Source of the DNA: Spirochaetota bacterium
GTDB lineage: Bacteria > Spirochaetota > UBA4802 > UBA5550
Length of the DNA stretch: 55,778 nt
Reading direction: 5' to 3'
NCBI GenBank assembly: GCA_038241375.1
Contig: JBBRFT010000001.1
Location: 1-55,778 of the forward strand
A model generated the notes under the pieces. The model saw only the letters and a list, made by a program, of their open reading frames with translations, was not told where the DNA came from and ran no database searches. Of the stretch, positions 25,987 through 35,005 are shown in pieces. Within the stretch, counting starts at the first letter, position 1, and each line of letters opens with the position of its first letter. Both the position numbers and the translations under genes were made by a program.

Positions 25987-27087
25987 ATGGAACAAATACA
26001 ACCGCTTTTGAAAGAATATAAAATAGGAGACCTTACTCTTGCAAACAGAGTAGTAATGGCTCCGATGACTCGAAGCCGCGCAGATAATCCCGGCAACGTC
26101 GCGACTGATCTTATTGCTGACTATTATGTGCAGAGAGCTTCGGCAGGTCTTATAATATCTGAAGGTTCACAGATATCCAAACGTGCAGTGGGATACATCA
26201 ACACACCGGGGATTTACTCCGATGAACAGGTTGAGGGGTGGAAGAAGGTAACATCAGCAGTTCATGCCAATGGCGGGAAAATATTCATACAGCTGTGGCA
26301 TGTGGGACGCATGTCTCACCCGGATTTTCATAATGGAGAACTCCCTTTATCAGCCTCTGCATTTAATCCAAATTCAAAATCATATACTCCTCAGGGATTT
26401 AAAGATACTGTTGCACCAAAGGCTATGACAATTGATGAGATAAAGGAAACAATCCGCGATTACGGAAGAGCGGGTAAAAATGCCATGTCTGCAGGTTTTG
26501 ACGGAGTTGAGATTCACTCCTCAAACGGATATCTGCTTCACCAGTTTTTCAGCAGAACATCAAACATAAGAACTGATGAATACGGCGGGTCAATTGAAAA
26601 CAGAGCTAAAATACTATTTGAAGTAATAGATGAAATCAAAAAATATGTTCCTGAAAACCGCATTGGCCTGAGACTTAACCCTTCGCTGCATGGCGTCTTC
26701 GGGATGACATTAGACGAGGAAAGCATCCCTACTTTCGATTATATAGTAAAAAATCTAAACAATTATAAACTTGCTTATCTTCATCTTTCGGAGCCGTTTA
26801 CTGATGTGACAAATGTTCCCGGAGCAGAACCTCATATAGCGAAACATTACAGACCGATGTATAAGGGAACGCTTATGATAAATACAGCTTTCGACAGGGA
26901 GAAGGGAAATCAGGTCATCGAAGATGGACTTGCCGATCTTGTAGCCTATGGAAAACCTTATATATCCAATCCTGATCTTGTTGAAAGATTTGCGGCTGAA
27001 GCTGAAACAGCAATGTGGAATACGGACACCTTTTATACTACTGGACCTGTGGGTTTTACCGATTATCCGGCACTTAAAAAGTCTTAA
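25987..27087 (+). CDS. Old Yellow Enzyme family NADH:flavin oxidoreductase (NemA-like)
   Basis: LANRVVMAPMTR, QLWHVGR, GFDGVEIHSSNGYLLHQF and RTDEYGGS blocks. Confidence 0.9.
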   Translation: MEQIQPLLKEYKIGDLTLANRVVMAPMTRSRADNPGNVATDLIADYYVQRASAGLIISEGSQISKRAVGYINTPGIYSDEQVEGWKKVTSAVHANGGKIFIQLWHVGRMSHPDFHNGELPLSASAFNPNSKSYTPQGFKDTVAPKAMTIDEIKETIRDYGRAGKNAMSAGFDGVEIHSSNGYLLHQFFSRTSNIRTDEYGGSIENRAKILFEVIDEIKKYVPENRIGLRLNPSLHGVFGMTLDEESIPTFDYIVKNLNNYKLAYLHLSEPFTDVTNVPGAEPHIAKHYRPMYKGTLMINTAFDREKGNQVIEDGLADLVAYGKPYISNPDLVERFAAEAETAMWNTDTFYTTGPVGFTDYPALKKS

Positions 27088-27098
27088 ATAAAATTTAA

Positions 27099-27138
27099 GA
27101 TTGTATTTTAGTCTGAAATTTCAGATTAAGATACAATC
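27099..27138. terminator. Long hairpin after the OYE gene
   Basis: Outer stem GATTGTAT / ATACAATC encloses the 14-nt perfect palindrome TCTGAAATTTCAGA. The flanks are A/T-rich but there is no clean U-run. Confidence 0.45.
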
Positions 27139-27178
27139 AAAATTATTAACTCAGTAAACACAAACGCTTAATTCTATA

Positions 27179-27481
27179 TTAAATACGCTGTTCCATTCTC
27201 ACCATAGTCGAAGAACGCTGATGGTCATCGGTGTAATGGTTGTCCAGACAGTTTTTCATGTCGATAAGCTGCTGCTCTGCAATTAGATCAAATTTCCTGT
27301 CCAGCGCTGCATAAAAATAAACTATATTTTTTTCAGATAAGCCGTTTTGAAATGATTGTTTCAAGTAATAGAAAAGATCCCGATAGCGCGGAAGAGCTTT
27401 CTCTCTGTTTCATTTGAGGAGATCGGCAAGTTTAGCTTTGGCGAACCGGCGCTGGTTATCATCCGGATTTGCAAAGTGCAT
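27179..27481 (-). pseudogene. 101-codon reading frame interrupted by one in-frame TGA (codon 24)
   Basis: Minus strand: ATG at 27481, MHFANPDDNQRRFAKAKLADLLK, TGA at 27412-27410, then NREKALPRYRDLFYYLKQSFQNGLSEKN... running to the stop at 27179. The track shows only the TTG-initiated distal part. Confidence 0.4.
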
Positions 27482-27517
27482 TCTACTGTGCCTTGATTAT
27501 AATATTAAAAGTTTCCT

Positions 27518-27550
27518 AAAAAAAAGCAGAAAAGTAACACTTTTCTGCCC
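27518..27550 (-). terminator. Intrinsic terminator of the 27577 gene
   Basis: Stem GCAGAAAAG / CTTTTCTGC with a 5-nt loop, followed by U8 on the minus-strand RNA. Confidence 0.75.
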
Positions 27551-27576
27551 ATTAAAAATGATTCTGGTCGAGACAA

Positions 27577-27927
27577 TTATTTTATAGTCGTCTCAGATAC
27601 TGTTGTTGCGGGAAGACTGCAGGTTGCAGTAACGGTGATCATATCACCCTTCTTCCCTTCAATTTTGAAAGTTGCCATCACATTATCACCGTCTTGTGAT
27701 GTCATGGTTTTCCGTACCAGTTCTTGGCCGTTTACATCTACTCTAATTACCTTGATGAAATGCTGTTTTGGATTACTGTTTTTTGATGTGGAAATTGCAT
27801 GATTGATACGTACTGTTAGTGTTTTTGTTTTTGCATCATAATCGGTTTTGATCTCCGATGGCGAATGAGCAAAAAGCATGCTTAACGGGAAAATAAACAG
27901 TGCGACAAGAATTACTAATTTTTTCAT
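27577..27927 (-). CDS. Small secreted protein, paralogue 1 (116 aa)
   Basis: Signal peptide ending LFA followed by HSP. Conserved NHAIS, QHFIK and CSLP. Probably an all-beta domain. Confidence 0.7.
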   Translation of the reverse strand: MKKLVILVALFIFPLSMLFAHSPSEIKTDYDAKTKTLTVRINHAISTSKNSNPKQHFIKVIRVDVNGQELVRKTMTSQDGDNVMATFKIEGKKGDMITVTATCSLPATTVSETTIK

Positions 27928-28111
27928 AAATACTCCTTTTCACTTTTTTTAATTTTACTTATTAATAAATAGTAACCAATAATATTGTTTTTTTTATTTT
28001 TTTACACTATTATAAGAAAATAAATTTAATCCGGTGATTTCTGGCGGAAAAAATTCAAAGCCGAAGCGACATGATGTTGCTGTGCCTTGCTTATAATATT
28101 ATAAATTTTGT

Positions 28112-28144
28112 AAAAAAGGACAGAAAAGTAAGACCTTTCTGCCC
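28112..28144 (-). terminator. Intrinsic terminator of the 28170 gene
   Basis: Stem CAGAAA.G / C.TTTCTG with one mismatch, followed by U6 on the minus-strand RNA. It is homologous to the terminator of unit 1. Confidence 0.6.
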
Positions 28145-28169
28145 TTAAAAATGATTCAAATCTAGACAA

Positions 28170-28520
28170 TTATTTTATAGTCGTCTCAGATACTGCTGTT
28201 TCAGGAAGACTGCAGATTGAAGTAACGGTTAGCCTGTCACCCCTCTTCGCTTTGATTTTGAAAGTTAACAGCACAATATCACCCTTTTGTGAAGTCATGG
28301 TTTTTCGTACCTGTTCTTTGCCGTTTATATCCACTTTAACTAACTTGATAAAATGCTGTTTTTCATCTTTGTTTTTTGATGTGGAAATTGCATGATTGAC
28401 ATGCACTGTTAGTATTTGTGTTTTGGCATCATAATCGGTTTTAATCTCCGATGCCGGATGAGCAAAAAGCATGCTTAACGGGAAAATAAACAGTCCAACA
28501 AGAATTACTAATTTTTTCAT
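28170..28520 (-). CDS. Small secreted protein, paralogue 2 (116 aa)
   Basis: 29 differences in 116 residues from paralogue 1 by hand count. Same signal peptide and the same His/Cys positions. Confidence 0.7.
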   Translation of the reverse strand: MKKLVILVGLFIFPLSMLFAHPASEIKTDYDAKTQILTVHVNHAISTSKNKDEKQHFIKLVKVDINGKEQVRKTMTSQKGDIVLLTFKIKAKRGDRLTVTSICSLPETAVSETTIK

Positions 28521-28727
28521 AACTACCCCTTTTCTCTTCTTTAATTTTGTTTCTTAATAAATAGTAACTAATATTATTGTTTTTTTTTATTTTTTTGCAC
28601 TATTATAAGAAAATTAATCAAATTCGAGAGCAGAAAACCTAGTATTTGATAAAAATATGCTATTTTCAGCATTAAAGCACTTCATGCAATAAATCAGATA
28701 TAAAGATATATCCGGGCTAACCGGAGC

Positions 28728-29222
28728 TCAATGCTTTTGAAAGCATTTACCGGCGCATGAATACTTATTGTCTTCTATCTCAAGTTCACCTTCATAATTA
28801 GTTCCATCATAGGTAAAATTCCATTCAAAATCACGCTCAAACTTGTCATAAAGAAATTCAAGTTTTCCGATTTCAAATATGCCGGTAAACAACAATCTGT
28901 CTTTAAGAAAGAACTCTGCTTCTCCATCTTTTATCACGATAACCTTACCGTTGACAATTATTGCATAATCATCAAAATTAATTCTGTAAGAATTTTCTGC
29001 ACTTATAAACATTACATAATCAATTCCATCGTACCCGGTTTCTCCCGGTTTTATATTGGCTATTCCATCGTAGAATGAATTCCGTACCGCAGTGAACACC
29101 GCATTTGTCATCTCAAGCGCTTTTTCATCGGAAACACGCTCTTCGGATAATTCATGCTTCGCGCAGGATGATATAAAGACAATACCTGACAATATAATTG
29201 AAACAGCAATTTTTCTAATCAT
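28728..29222 (-). CDS. Hypothetical lipoprotein
   Basis: Lipobox FISSC after a hydrophobic signal peptide. No recognisable domain. Confidence 0.6.
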   Translation of the reverse strand: MIRKIAVSIILSGIVFISSCAKHELSEERVSDEKALEMTNAVFTAVRNSFYDGIANIKPGETGYDGIDYVMFISAENSYRINFDDYAIIVNGKVIVIKDGEAEFFLKDRLLFTGIFEIGKLEFLYDKFERDFEWNFTYDGTNYEGELEIEDNKYSCAGKCFQKH

Positions 29223-29425
29223 AATTCCTTCCTTCCTCTTTTACACTAATAAATAAAAATATTCTACCTAATCATACTACATTTTTAATTTATTTTATAT
29301 AACAATATATAATTCAAAATACTATAAAATTTTGAAATTAAATATCGCTTTATTGGTTTTATTTTATAGAGAAGAGGATACGCGGAAATGCGGTTTTAAA
29401 AATTATAAAAACAGAGGTTTTGTTT

Positions 29426-29977
29426 ATGAAAAGATCATGGTTTGTATTTGCGCTTATTCTTGCCACGGTTATAAATGTTACAGGTGCTTATGCACAAAAA
29501 GCAGTCAAAGAGACTTCAGGAGGAATCAAATTCAGCGGTTTCGGCGCCCCGATTGCAAAGATGTCACAATTCCATGACCAATGGAAAGTTCTTGTCGGTG
29601 GTGCTGGCGGAGTATTAATCAACGACAACATTGGTATCGGACTAGCCGGGTATGGTCTGGCTGGAACATTCGATAAAGAGTACAATGGAACTACTAATGA
29701 TATTGGTATGGGATATGGCGGACTGCTTCTTCAATACTATTTTTTCCCTGAAAATCTATTTTCACTGGAAATCGGATCACTTATTGGAGCCGGCGGGGCC
29801 GGATACGAATCCGGAAATGGAGAAGACGAAAATGACAATGCACATGGCTTTTTTCTGGTTGAACCGGAAATTAATTTATTCTGGAATGCCACAGAATTTC
29901 TCCGAATCGGCATTGGCGGTTCTTACAGATATACAATTGGTGCAAATATTGACGGGATGAGTGATAGCGATTATTAA
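29426..29977 (+). CDS. Secreted Gly-rich protein, possibly a small outer-membrane beta-barrel
   Basis: Signal peptide ending AYA followed by Q. Gly-rich alternating strands. AGAGG lies 8 nt upstream of the ATG at 29426. Confidence 0.6.
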   Translation: MKRSWFVFALILATVINVTGAYAQKAVKETSGGIKFSGFGAPIAKMSQFHDQWKVLVGGAGGVLINDNIGIGLAGYGLAGTFDKEYNGTTNDIGMGYGGLLLQYYFFPENLFSLEIGSLIGAGGAGYESGNGEDENDNAHGFFLVEPEINLFWNATEFLRIGIGGSYRYTIGANIDGMSDSDY

Positions 29978-30167
29978 TTGCATCACATCTCTTTCCCTGC
30001 CTGATCATCTTAAAATATATATTCAGGCAGAAGGGAGTAATCAAGATGCAGAAGCTTTTGAATGAGGAATTTGCATTAAACTTTTGACTAGTTTTAATTC
30101 TAACGATAAAGACTCTTTCAAAATAGAAAATTCTTCTAAAAATGCAAAATATTTTCTATCTATACTT

Positions 30168-30353
30168 TTAATCATTGCAGTATTTATTGCAATTAGCCCT
30201 ATCCTTACCTTTAAGACCTTTACAATCATGCTTGCAATCTTTTTTGTCATGTCGATCTTCATATTGGTTATGGTGAGTATAATCAGGTACAATAATTGCC
30301 CTACATCCGAAAAATGACAGAAATGAAAGTATTACCAGGAATCTAAATATCAT
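30168..30353 (-). CDS. Small lipoprotein (61 aa) with a His/Asp/Lys-rich tail and two CX3C motifs
   Basis: AGGAG lies 7 nt upstream of the ATG. Lipobox FFGC. Mature tail ...THHNQYEDRHDKKDCKHDCKGLKGKDRANCNKYCND. I prefer this ORF to the overlapping plus-strand ORF at 30084-30317. Confidence 0.5.
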   Translation of the reverse strand: MIFRFLVILSFLSFFGCRAIIVPDYTHHNQYEDRHDKKDCKHDCKGLKGKDRANCNKYCND

Positions 30354-30681
30354 CGTTTTCTCCTTTTAATGACCTTTGTTTCTTTATTATATACTTTACA
30401 AAGGAGAATTTCAATTTTATTGTAAAAGAAGAGACGAAATACGTACTGCAACTATGCTGACAATCTGCCAGTGTATTTTTGATTTAGACAGTATGGGCGA
30501 GACCCTCAAATTTTCGGTTGCTAACCAATTATTAATTGGTCAAGGTGATGAATGTCCTAATGTAGCAAGTGCACTCGACCTTCGGCAGTCCCCCTTGTGA
30601 GAGATGCAAATGAGCGGCCACAAACTATGAAAAAAATAGTAAAATAAATTAAAGAATTTTAAAAATATATCACAACAAGTG

Positions 30682-30833
30682 CTACTGTGATGCAGCTCCA
30701 GAAGCAATTCCCGTTTCAGCATGACCGCCTCCATCTGCACAAGCAGCAACAGCAAGACCAATTGTAACTCCTGCAAGTCCGCAGTGCCCTCTTCCAGAAT
30801 AAAGAAACCGGTACCGATAGTAACAGCCGCCAT
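30682..30833 (-). pseudogene. Frameshifted fragment paralogous to the C-terminal part of 42445-43005
   Basis: MAAVTIGTGFFILEE, then after a 1-nt shift GHCGLAGVTIGLAVAACADGGGHAETGIASGAASQ-stop. Compare MAVTISTGFFIPESGHCTLAGVTTGLAAATCVDG...ADGGAHVATGIASGAAF in the full-length gene. Confidence 0.55.
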
Positions 30834-30893
30834 CCGGGGCTAGTGATATAACTATTCCGGCAAAATCAGACTGGACCCGTTGCTGAATAACTG

Positions 30894-31874
30894 TCAGAAA
30901 TACCGATGATCCCAGTTTTGATTCGAAGTGGTGTACTGATTAAATTCGATGCCATCGTTTCTATATATTTCAGTGCAGGCATCAACTACATCAGAATCAA
31001 AGCGTAATCCCCTGTATTTGTTAATTTCCTCTATTGCTGCATCTATGCCGAGAGATTGTCTGTAAGGCCGATGAGTTGACATTGCCTCGACAACGTCTGC
31101 CACACATACGATTTTTGATTCAGTAAGCATCATATATCCCTCAAGACCAAGCGGATATCCTGAGCCGTCAATATATTCGTGGTGTTGATAAACGATTGCA
31201 GCTACAGGCCATGGGAAATCAATAGTGGATAAAATCTGAAATCCAACATTGGTATGATGTTTAATCAGTTCATACTCCAGTTCAAGAAGGACCTGCGATT
31301 TATTCAGAATGTCTGAAGGTATACTGATTTTGCCTATGTCGTGAAGTGAGGCTGCGACACGGACCCCTTCAATCACGTGAGGATGGAGATCCATCTGTTT
31401 GGCGATCTTTCTTGCAAGGTTGCTTACTCTCTGCTGATGCCCGGCAGTATATGAATCGCGTGCTACAATTGCATGCCCGATTGTCTGGATCACTCCACCC
31501 AGTTTTTCACGAAGAGTCTGGAGATTATCAATTTCCATTTTCTGTTTATTCATATCAATTGAGGCATCATAGGATACGGAAAGAATAGCCGCTTTCCCCT
31601 GATATATTATTTTAGTATTTTTTATTTTTACGGGTATTATTGTCCCGTCCTTTCTTCTGAATGAACCTCTGATTATAATACTGTCTGTAAAAGTAAGATA
31701 TTCAAAAAGATCCTTTATACTTTCATTATCTTCGCATGAAAAAAAATCACAGATATTTTTAAGCTCAAGTTCCTCTTTAAAATAATCGAGTGTTACTAAA
31801 ATCTGTGAATTAAGGTAGAGTATCTGCCCTTCATTATCATAGAGAACTAAAAAATCCCCGAAGTTATCAAACAT
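30894..31874 (-). CDS. PAS - HD-GYP domain protein (probable c-di-GMP phosphodiesterase)
   Basis: HD motif SLHDIGKI and the HHEYIDGSGYP signature. Confidence 0.85.
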   Translation of the reverse strand: MFDNFGDFLVLYDNEGQILYLNSQILVTLDYFKEELELKNICDFFSCEDNESIKDLFEYLTFTDSIIIRGSFRRKDGTIIPVKIKNTKIIYQGKAAILSVSYDASIDMNKQKMEIDNLQTLREKLGGVIQTIGHAIVARDSYTAGHQQRVSNLARKIAKQMDLHPHVIEGVRVAASLHDIGKISIPSDILNKSQVLLELEYELIKHHTNVGFQILSTIDFPWPVAAIVYQHHEYIDGSGYPLGLEGYMMLTESKIVCVADVVEAMSTHRPYRQSLGIDAAIEEINKYRGLRFDSDVVDACTEIYRNDGIEFNQYTTSNQNWDHRYF

Positions 31875-32097
31875 CGAGGATATATAAGCAAACTGTTAAG
31901 GTGAGTAATTTACAATGTAGTTTAGATTAGGATGCATCAAGGCCTCTCTATTTATGCTATTAAAGAAAAATCATAACCCGGTCTATGTATATATTTTTTA
32001 CAGTTTCATAACTCTATTATCGGAATTTGTTAAGTAACAATTCAATTAATTTTTATAGAATTAACCTATATTAGTGTATGACATAAGAAATCATTGC

Positions 32098-32126
32098 TTG
32101 ACATTTCAATATCTGGAATGGATAAT
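32098..32126 (+). promoter_or_regulatory. Near-consensus sigma70 promoter
   Basis: TTGACA, a 17-nt spacer, then GATAAT, located 54 nt upstream of the ATG at 32180. Confidence 0.6.
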
Positions 32127-32179
32127 ACTTAGTACTTTTAAAAATCTATTTTTTATATTAAAATTAAGGAGTCCTAATA

Positions 32180-32626
32180 ATGAGTATCAAAAAAATTCTT
32201 AAAATTGCTTTTTCACTCCTGATGTTATTTGTAATAATTCAGTTTATTCCCTACGGTAAAAATCATATCAACCCTCCTCTATTATCAGAACCGAAGTGGG
32301 ATAGCTCCCAGACATCAGGAACATTCTACAGGGTATGCGGAGACTGCCACAGTAATAAAACAACATGGCCATGGTATAGCAGAATTGCTCCTGTATCATG
32401 GCTGGTACAGTCTGATGTTGATGAAGGGCGCTCAAAACTCAATGTTTCCGAGTGGGGAAGAGCAGAAAAGAATAAAGGGAATGAGGCTGCAGATGAAGTA
32501 AAAGATGGCGGGATGCCTCCATTTATTTATACACCGCTTCATCCTGAGGCGAAAATGTCTCAAAGCGAAAAAGAGGAGTTTATAAAAGGACTAATTTTAA
32601 CCTTTGGAGAAAATAAACAGAAATAA
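32180..32626 (+). CDS. Haem-binding domain protein (Haem_bd-like), membrane anchored
   Basis: [32 protein letters not shown], typical of the family, with a second MPP motif. AGGAG RBS. Confidence 0.7.
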   Translation: MSIKKILKIAFSLLMLFVIIQFIPYGKNHINPPLLSEPKWDSSQTSGTFYRVCGDCHSNKTTWPWYSRIAPVSWLVQSDVDEGRSKLNVSEWGRAEKNKGNEAADEVKDGGMPPFIYTPLHPEAKMSQSEKEEFIKGLILTFGENKQK

Positions 32627-33087
32627 ACCCGCTCCGGGGTATAAAAGATTATGAGTTTTTCTTTCAGGGAAACAGCCTTAAACCTGCAGAGGGTTTTTTA
32701 AAACCTTTCTGCAGCTGTTAAATGCTCTACATCAGACGGAGGGTGAATATCATTTTAGGAACCGGCCGTTCCATAGTTTATAATCTTTTAATGAATAACT
32801 TTTAAGTCACAGGATGTTACTATAAATTTAAATCTTCATACCGGTTTATTTTCCGGCTGAATAGTCTCGCCTGCTGTTTATTTAGAGGCAGAATATACAA
32901 AATCATCAAAACGGAAAGTCAGGAAACTTAACGGTAACCATCCCTGAATCTGATTTTTACAAATCCAGCAAACTGCGGGAAAATTCATAATCCTTTTAAT
33001 AGCGGATTAATAAATAATTTCACCATCCGGAAATAAAACCATTCTCCTATATTTTAACGCAACTGCTCAGTACTCCGGATCAGATAA

Positions 33088-33114
33088 GTTCCCTGCGCCT
33101 ATAACGCAGGGAAC
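33088..33114. terminator. Hairpin just downstream of the 33131 gene
   Basis: GTTCCCTGCG cctataa CGCAGGGAAC, a 10-bp perfect stem located 16 nt after the stop. Confidence 0.5.
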
Positions 33115-33130
33115 CTCTTTCTATAAGTGA

Positions 33131-33976
33131 TTATTCGAAGTCTTCAATATTTTTTGAAACACTAAAATACAGATACGCGATCCATAAAATGAGCAGCAGA
33201 TGCAGAACATCGTTTGCATTGAACCAGATACCTTTACTCCAGAGAACACTGGCAAGTCCTGAAAGATAGAAACCGAAGTATGCAACAACAATAAGCAGCA
33301 TAAATATCCATGCCCCTATAAGCAGTAAATCGAGTTTCTTACGATTTTTTCTGTAATTAGAAAAATTCACAGCAAAAAGAATCAGAAATGATAACGCAGG
33401 GAACAGCACCATAAATTCAAATGATGATAGAAAATAATCGGGCAGAAAAGCGCCTGTCAGCACCAGTATCAAATAAGCGATGGTACTGACTGCTGCAAAT
33501 ACCTGTAAACCTTTTCGCACCTTTCCGGCTGAACATGAAAAAGAAACAGCGGCAGTTATTAAATTCATAGCTGCGACAAACAGAATCAGATACCATATTT
33601 CCCACCAGCTTGTCCAAAGGCACAAGGCTCTTCCCGAACATTTGATTTCGTAGCTGAATGCCTGATAACTTGTACCGGCACTGAATGTTGACAATGACCA
33701 TAGAATTAGAGCGATCCCCCAGAGTAGACGAGACGTGTTTTCACCGCGTGTTTTCAGGAAATATATCCCTGCGGCAAGGATAACAAAACCGAGTCCATAT
33801 ACAAAAATCGTTGAGCTCGGCTCAGCAAAAATAAAGTCCAGTGAACCGATCTTAACTTGCATATGAGAATGTGTAGCCAGCCATTTATCAGGAGTAATCT
33901 CCCATGTAAGTTTCTCAAGACGGCTGCATCCGGTTAATGAAACCAGTGCGATTAAAAAGTATCTTATTCTGCTCAT
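33131..33976 (-). CDS. Polytopic membrane protein with lipoprotein-type signal
   Basis: SLTGC lipobox followed by about 7 hydrophobic helices. No recognisable domain. Confidence 0.6.
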   Translation of the reverse strand: MSRIRYFLIALVSLTGCSRLEKLTWEITPDKWLATHSHMQVKIGSLDFIFAEPSSTIFVYGLGFVILAAGIYFLKTRGENTSRLLWGIALILWSLSTFSAGTSYQAFSYEIKCSGRALCLWTSWWEIWYLILFVAAMNLITAAVSFSCSAGKVRKGLQVFAAVSTIAYLILVLTGAFLPDYFLSSFEFMVLFPALSFLILFAVNFSNYRKNRKKLDLLLIGAWIFMLLIVVAYFGFYLSGLASVLWSKGIWFNANDVLHLLLILWIAYLYFSVSKNIEDFE

Positions 33977-34267
33977 AAATATTTCTCCGTAAGTGAATTT
34001 GTTTTTATAATACTATTTTATTCCCATAAATAATTCAGTGATGTCTTTCCTGAACAACTGCAGGTAGAAGGAACTTTACTTTATTAAAACTTCAATTAAA
34101 AATTATTTTTTTTTATACCCATCTGATCTGAACCGGCGTATTTTTTTTGGCAGCTGCATTAAGATTTATAAAAATTGTATGATGAAAACGAAGAATATCA
34201 CATTATACTGTTCGTACACTCCGATATGATCTTTAACGTATCCTGAAATTTCGTTTTAGAAATCAAA

Positions 34268-35005
34268 TCAATTCTTTTCAACAAGATGCTTCCAGTACCT
34301 CACGGGCATAAATTGTTTCTGCAGACGGGGATTGATTCTATCTTTTATTGCAGTTGAATTGTAGAAATTTTTCCATAACCCACTGTAAATATCCTCATTC
34401 AAATCACGGTCAGGAATACGTTCCAGCTCTATACATAAAATCTCCGGACGTCCGCTCCGATTGATCGCAGCGGTTCCTCTTTTTTTATCATGAATTATCC
34501 ATTTCCCGCCCGGCATCCTTTTTGAGAAATGACCCGTTATAAGTGGAAGAATATCGTTATCCGGTTCAATCTCTGCATAGAATGTATCACCTTCAACGGA
34601 TGAAAATCTCACAAGCCCCAGCATCTTGTGAGACTCATGCTTTACCCGCGACACAATTTTGTTCATCTCATTCACAGGATAAACAGTCAATCTCTGATCA
34701 AGCCTATTCCCGTACTCAAATCCTGCATTGATATAGTCAAAAATTATCTGTTCCTTATCATGACTACATGATAAATAGCAGTAAAAAATATTCTTCAAAG
34801 ATTCACGATTAATCTTTGCTTCAATACGCAGGTATAGATCTTTTGCTTTTATAAAATCAGTTTCGTGATAAAATACTTCATCGAAAAGTCCCGCATCATC
34901 AGCCGAAATGGTAAAACTCGGAGATGGAGTTTTACTTTGCGAAGCATAATCCATTGCTGAAAAAAGTCCCTCAACTGTACCGTCATAAACATACATCTGA
35001 TTCAT
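34268..35005 (-). CDS. DUF4130-type probable DNA-metabolism protein (partner of the radical SAM protein)
   Basis: Its start overlaps the upstream gene's stop by 4 nt. The length and blocks (YDGT.EG..S, LVRF, WIIHD, YW..L) fit my recollection of the family. Confidence 0.65.
   Translation of the reverse strand: MNQMYVYDGTVEGLFSAMDYASQSKTPSPSFTISADDAGLFDEVFYHETDFIKAKDLYLRIEAKINRESLKNIFYCYLSCSHDKEQIIFDYINAGFEYGNRLDQRLTVYPVNEMNKIVSRVKHESHKMLGLVRFSSVEGDTFYAEIEPDNDILPLITGHFSKRMPGGKWIIHDKKRGTAAINRSGRPEILCIELERIPDRDLNEDIYSGLWKNFYNSTAIKDRINPRLQKQFMPVRYWKHLVEKN

Larger units (their letters stand above)
27486..28028 (-). repeat. Tandem duplication, unit 1 (terminator + 116-aa gene + upstream region)
   Basis: Collinear with 28080-28620 at a period of 594 bp. 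Both flanks are conserved (CTGTGCCTTG.TTATAATATTA at one end, TATTATAAGAAAA at the other). Confidence 0.8.
28080..28620 (-). repeat. Tandem duplication, unit 2
   Basis: See unit 1. Confidence 0.8.

Noticed and set aside
27410-27412. The in-frame TGA as a selenocysteine codon
   Set aside because: The context (LLK-TGA-NRE) is not a redox or Cys-aligned motif. I see no stem-loop immediately downstream resembling a bacterial SECIS. A nonsense mutation or sequencing error is more economical.
29332-29960. Overlapping plus- and minus-strand ORFs 29332-29577, 29488-29685 and 29652-29960
   Set aside because: They overlap the signal-peptide-bearing Gly-rich protein frame (29426-29977), and they lack RBS and sensible composition.
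30084-30600. Plus-strand ORFs 30084-30317 (77 aa) and 30376-30600 (74 aa)
   Set aside because: The first overlaps the minus-strand 61-aa lipoprotein ORF, which has a near-ideal RBS and a lipobox. The second has no RBS and an implausible sequence. A 17-nt palindrome, ACCAATTATTAATTGGT (30524-30540), lies here, but I could not tie it to any gene.
30540-30833. 97-aa minus-strand ORF from the track, taken as an intact gene
   Set aside because: Only its first ~15 residues match the paralogue at 42445-43005. The match continues in a different frame, so the long ORF is a frameshift by-product. It is reported instead as a pseudogene fragment.
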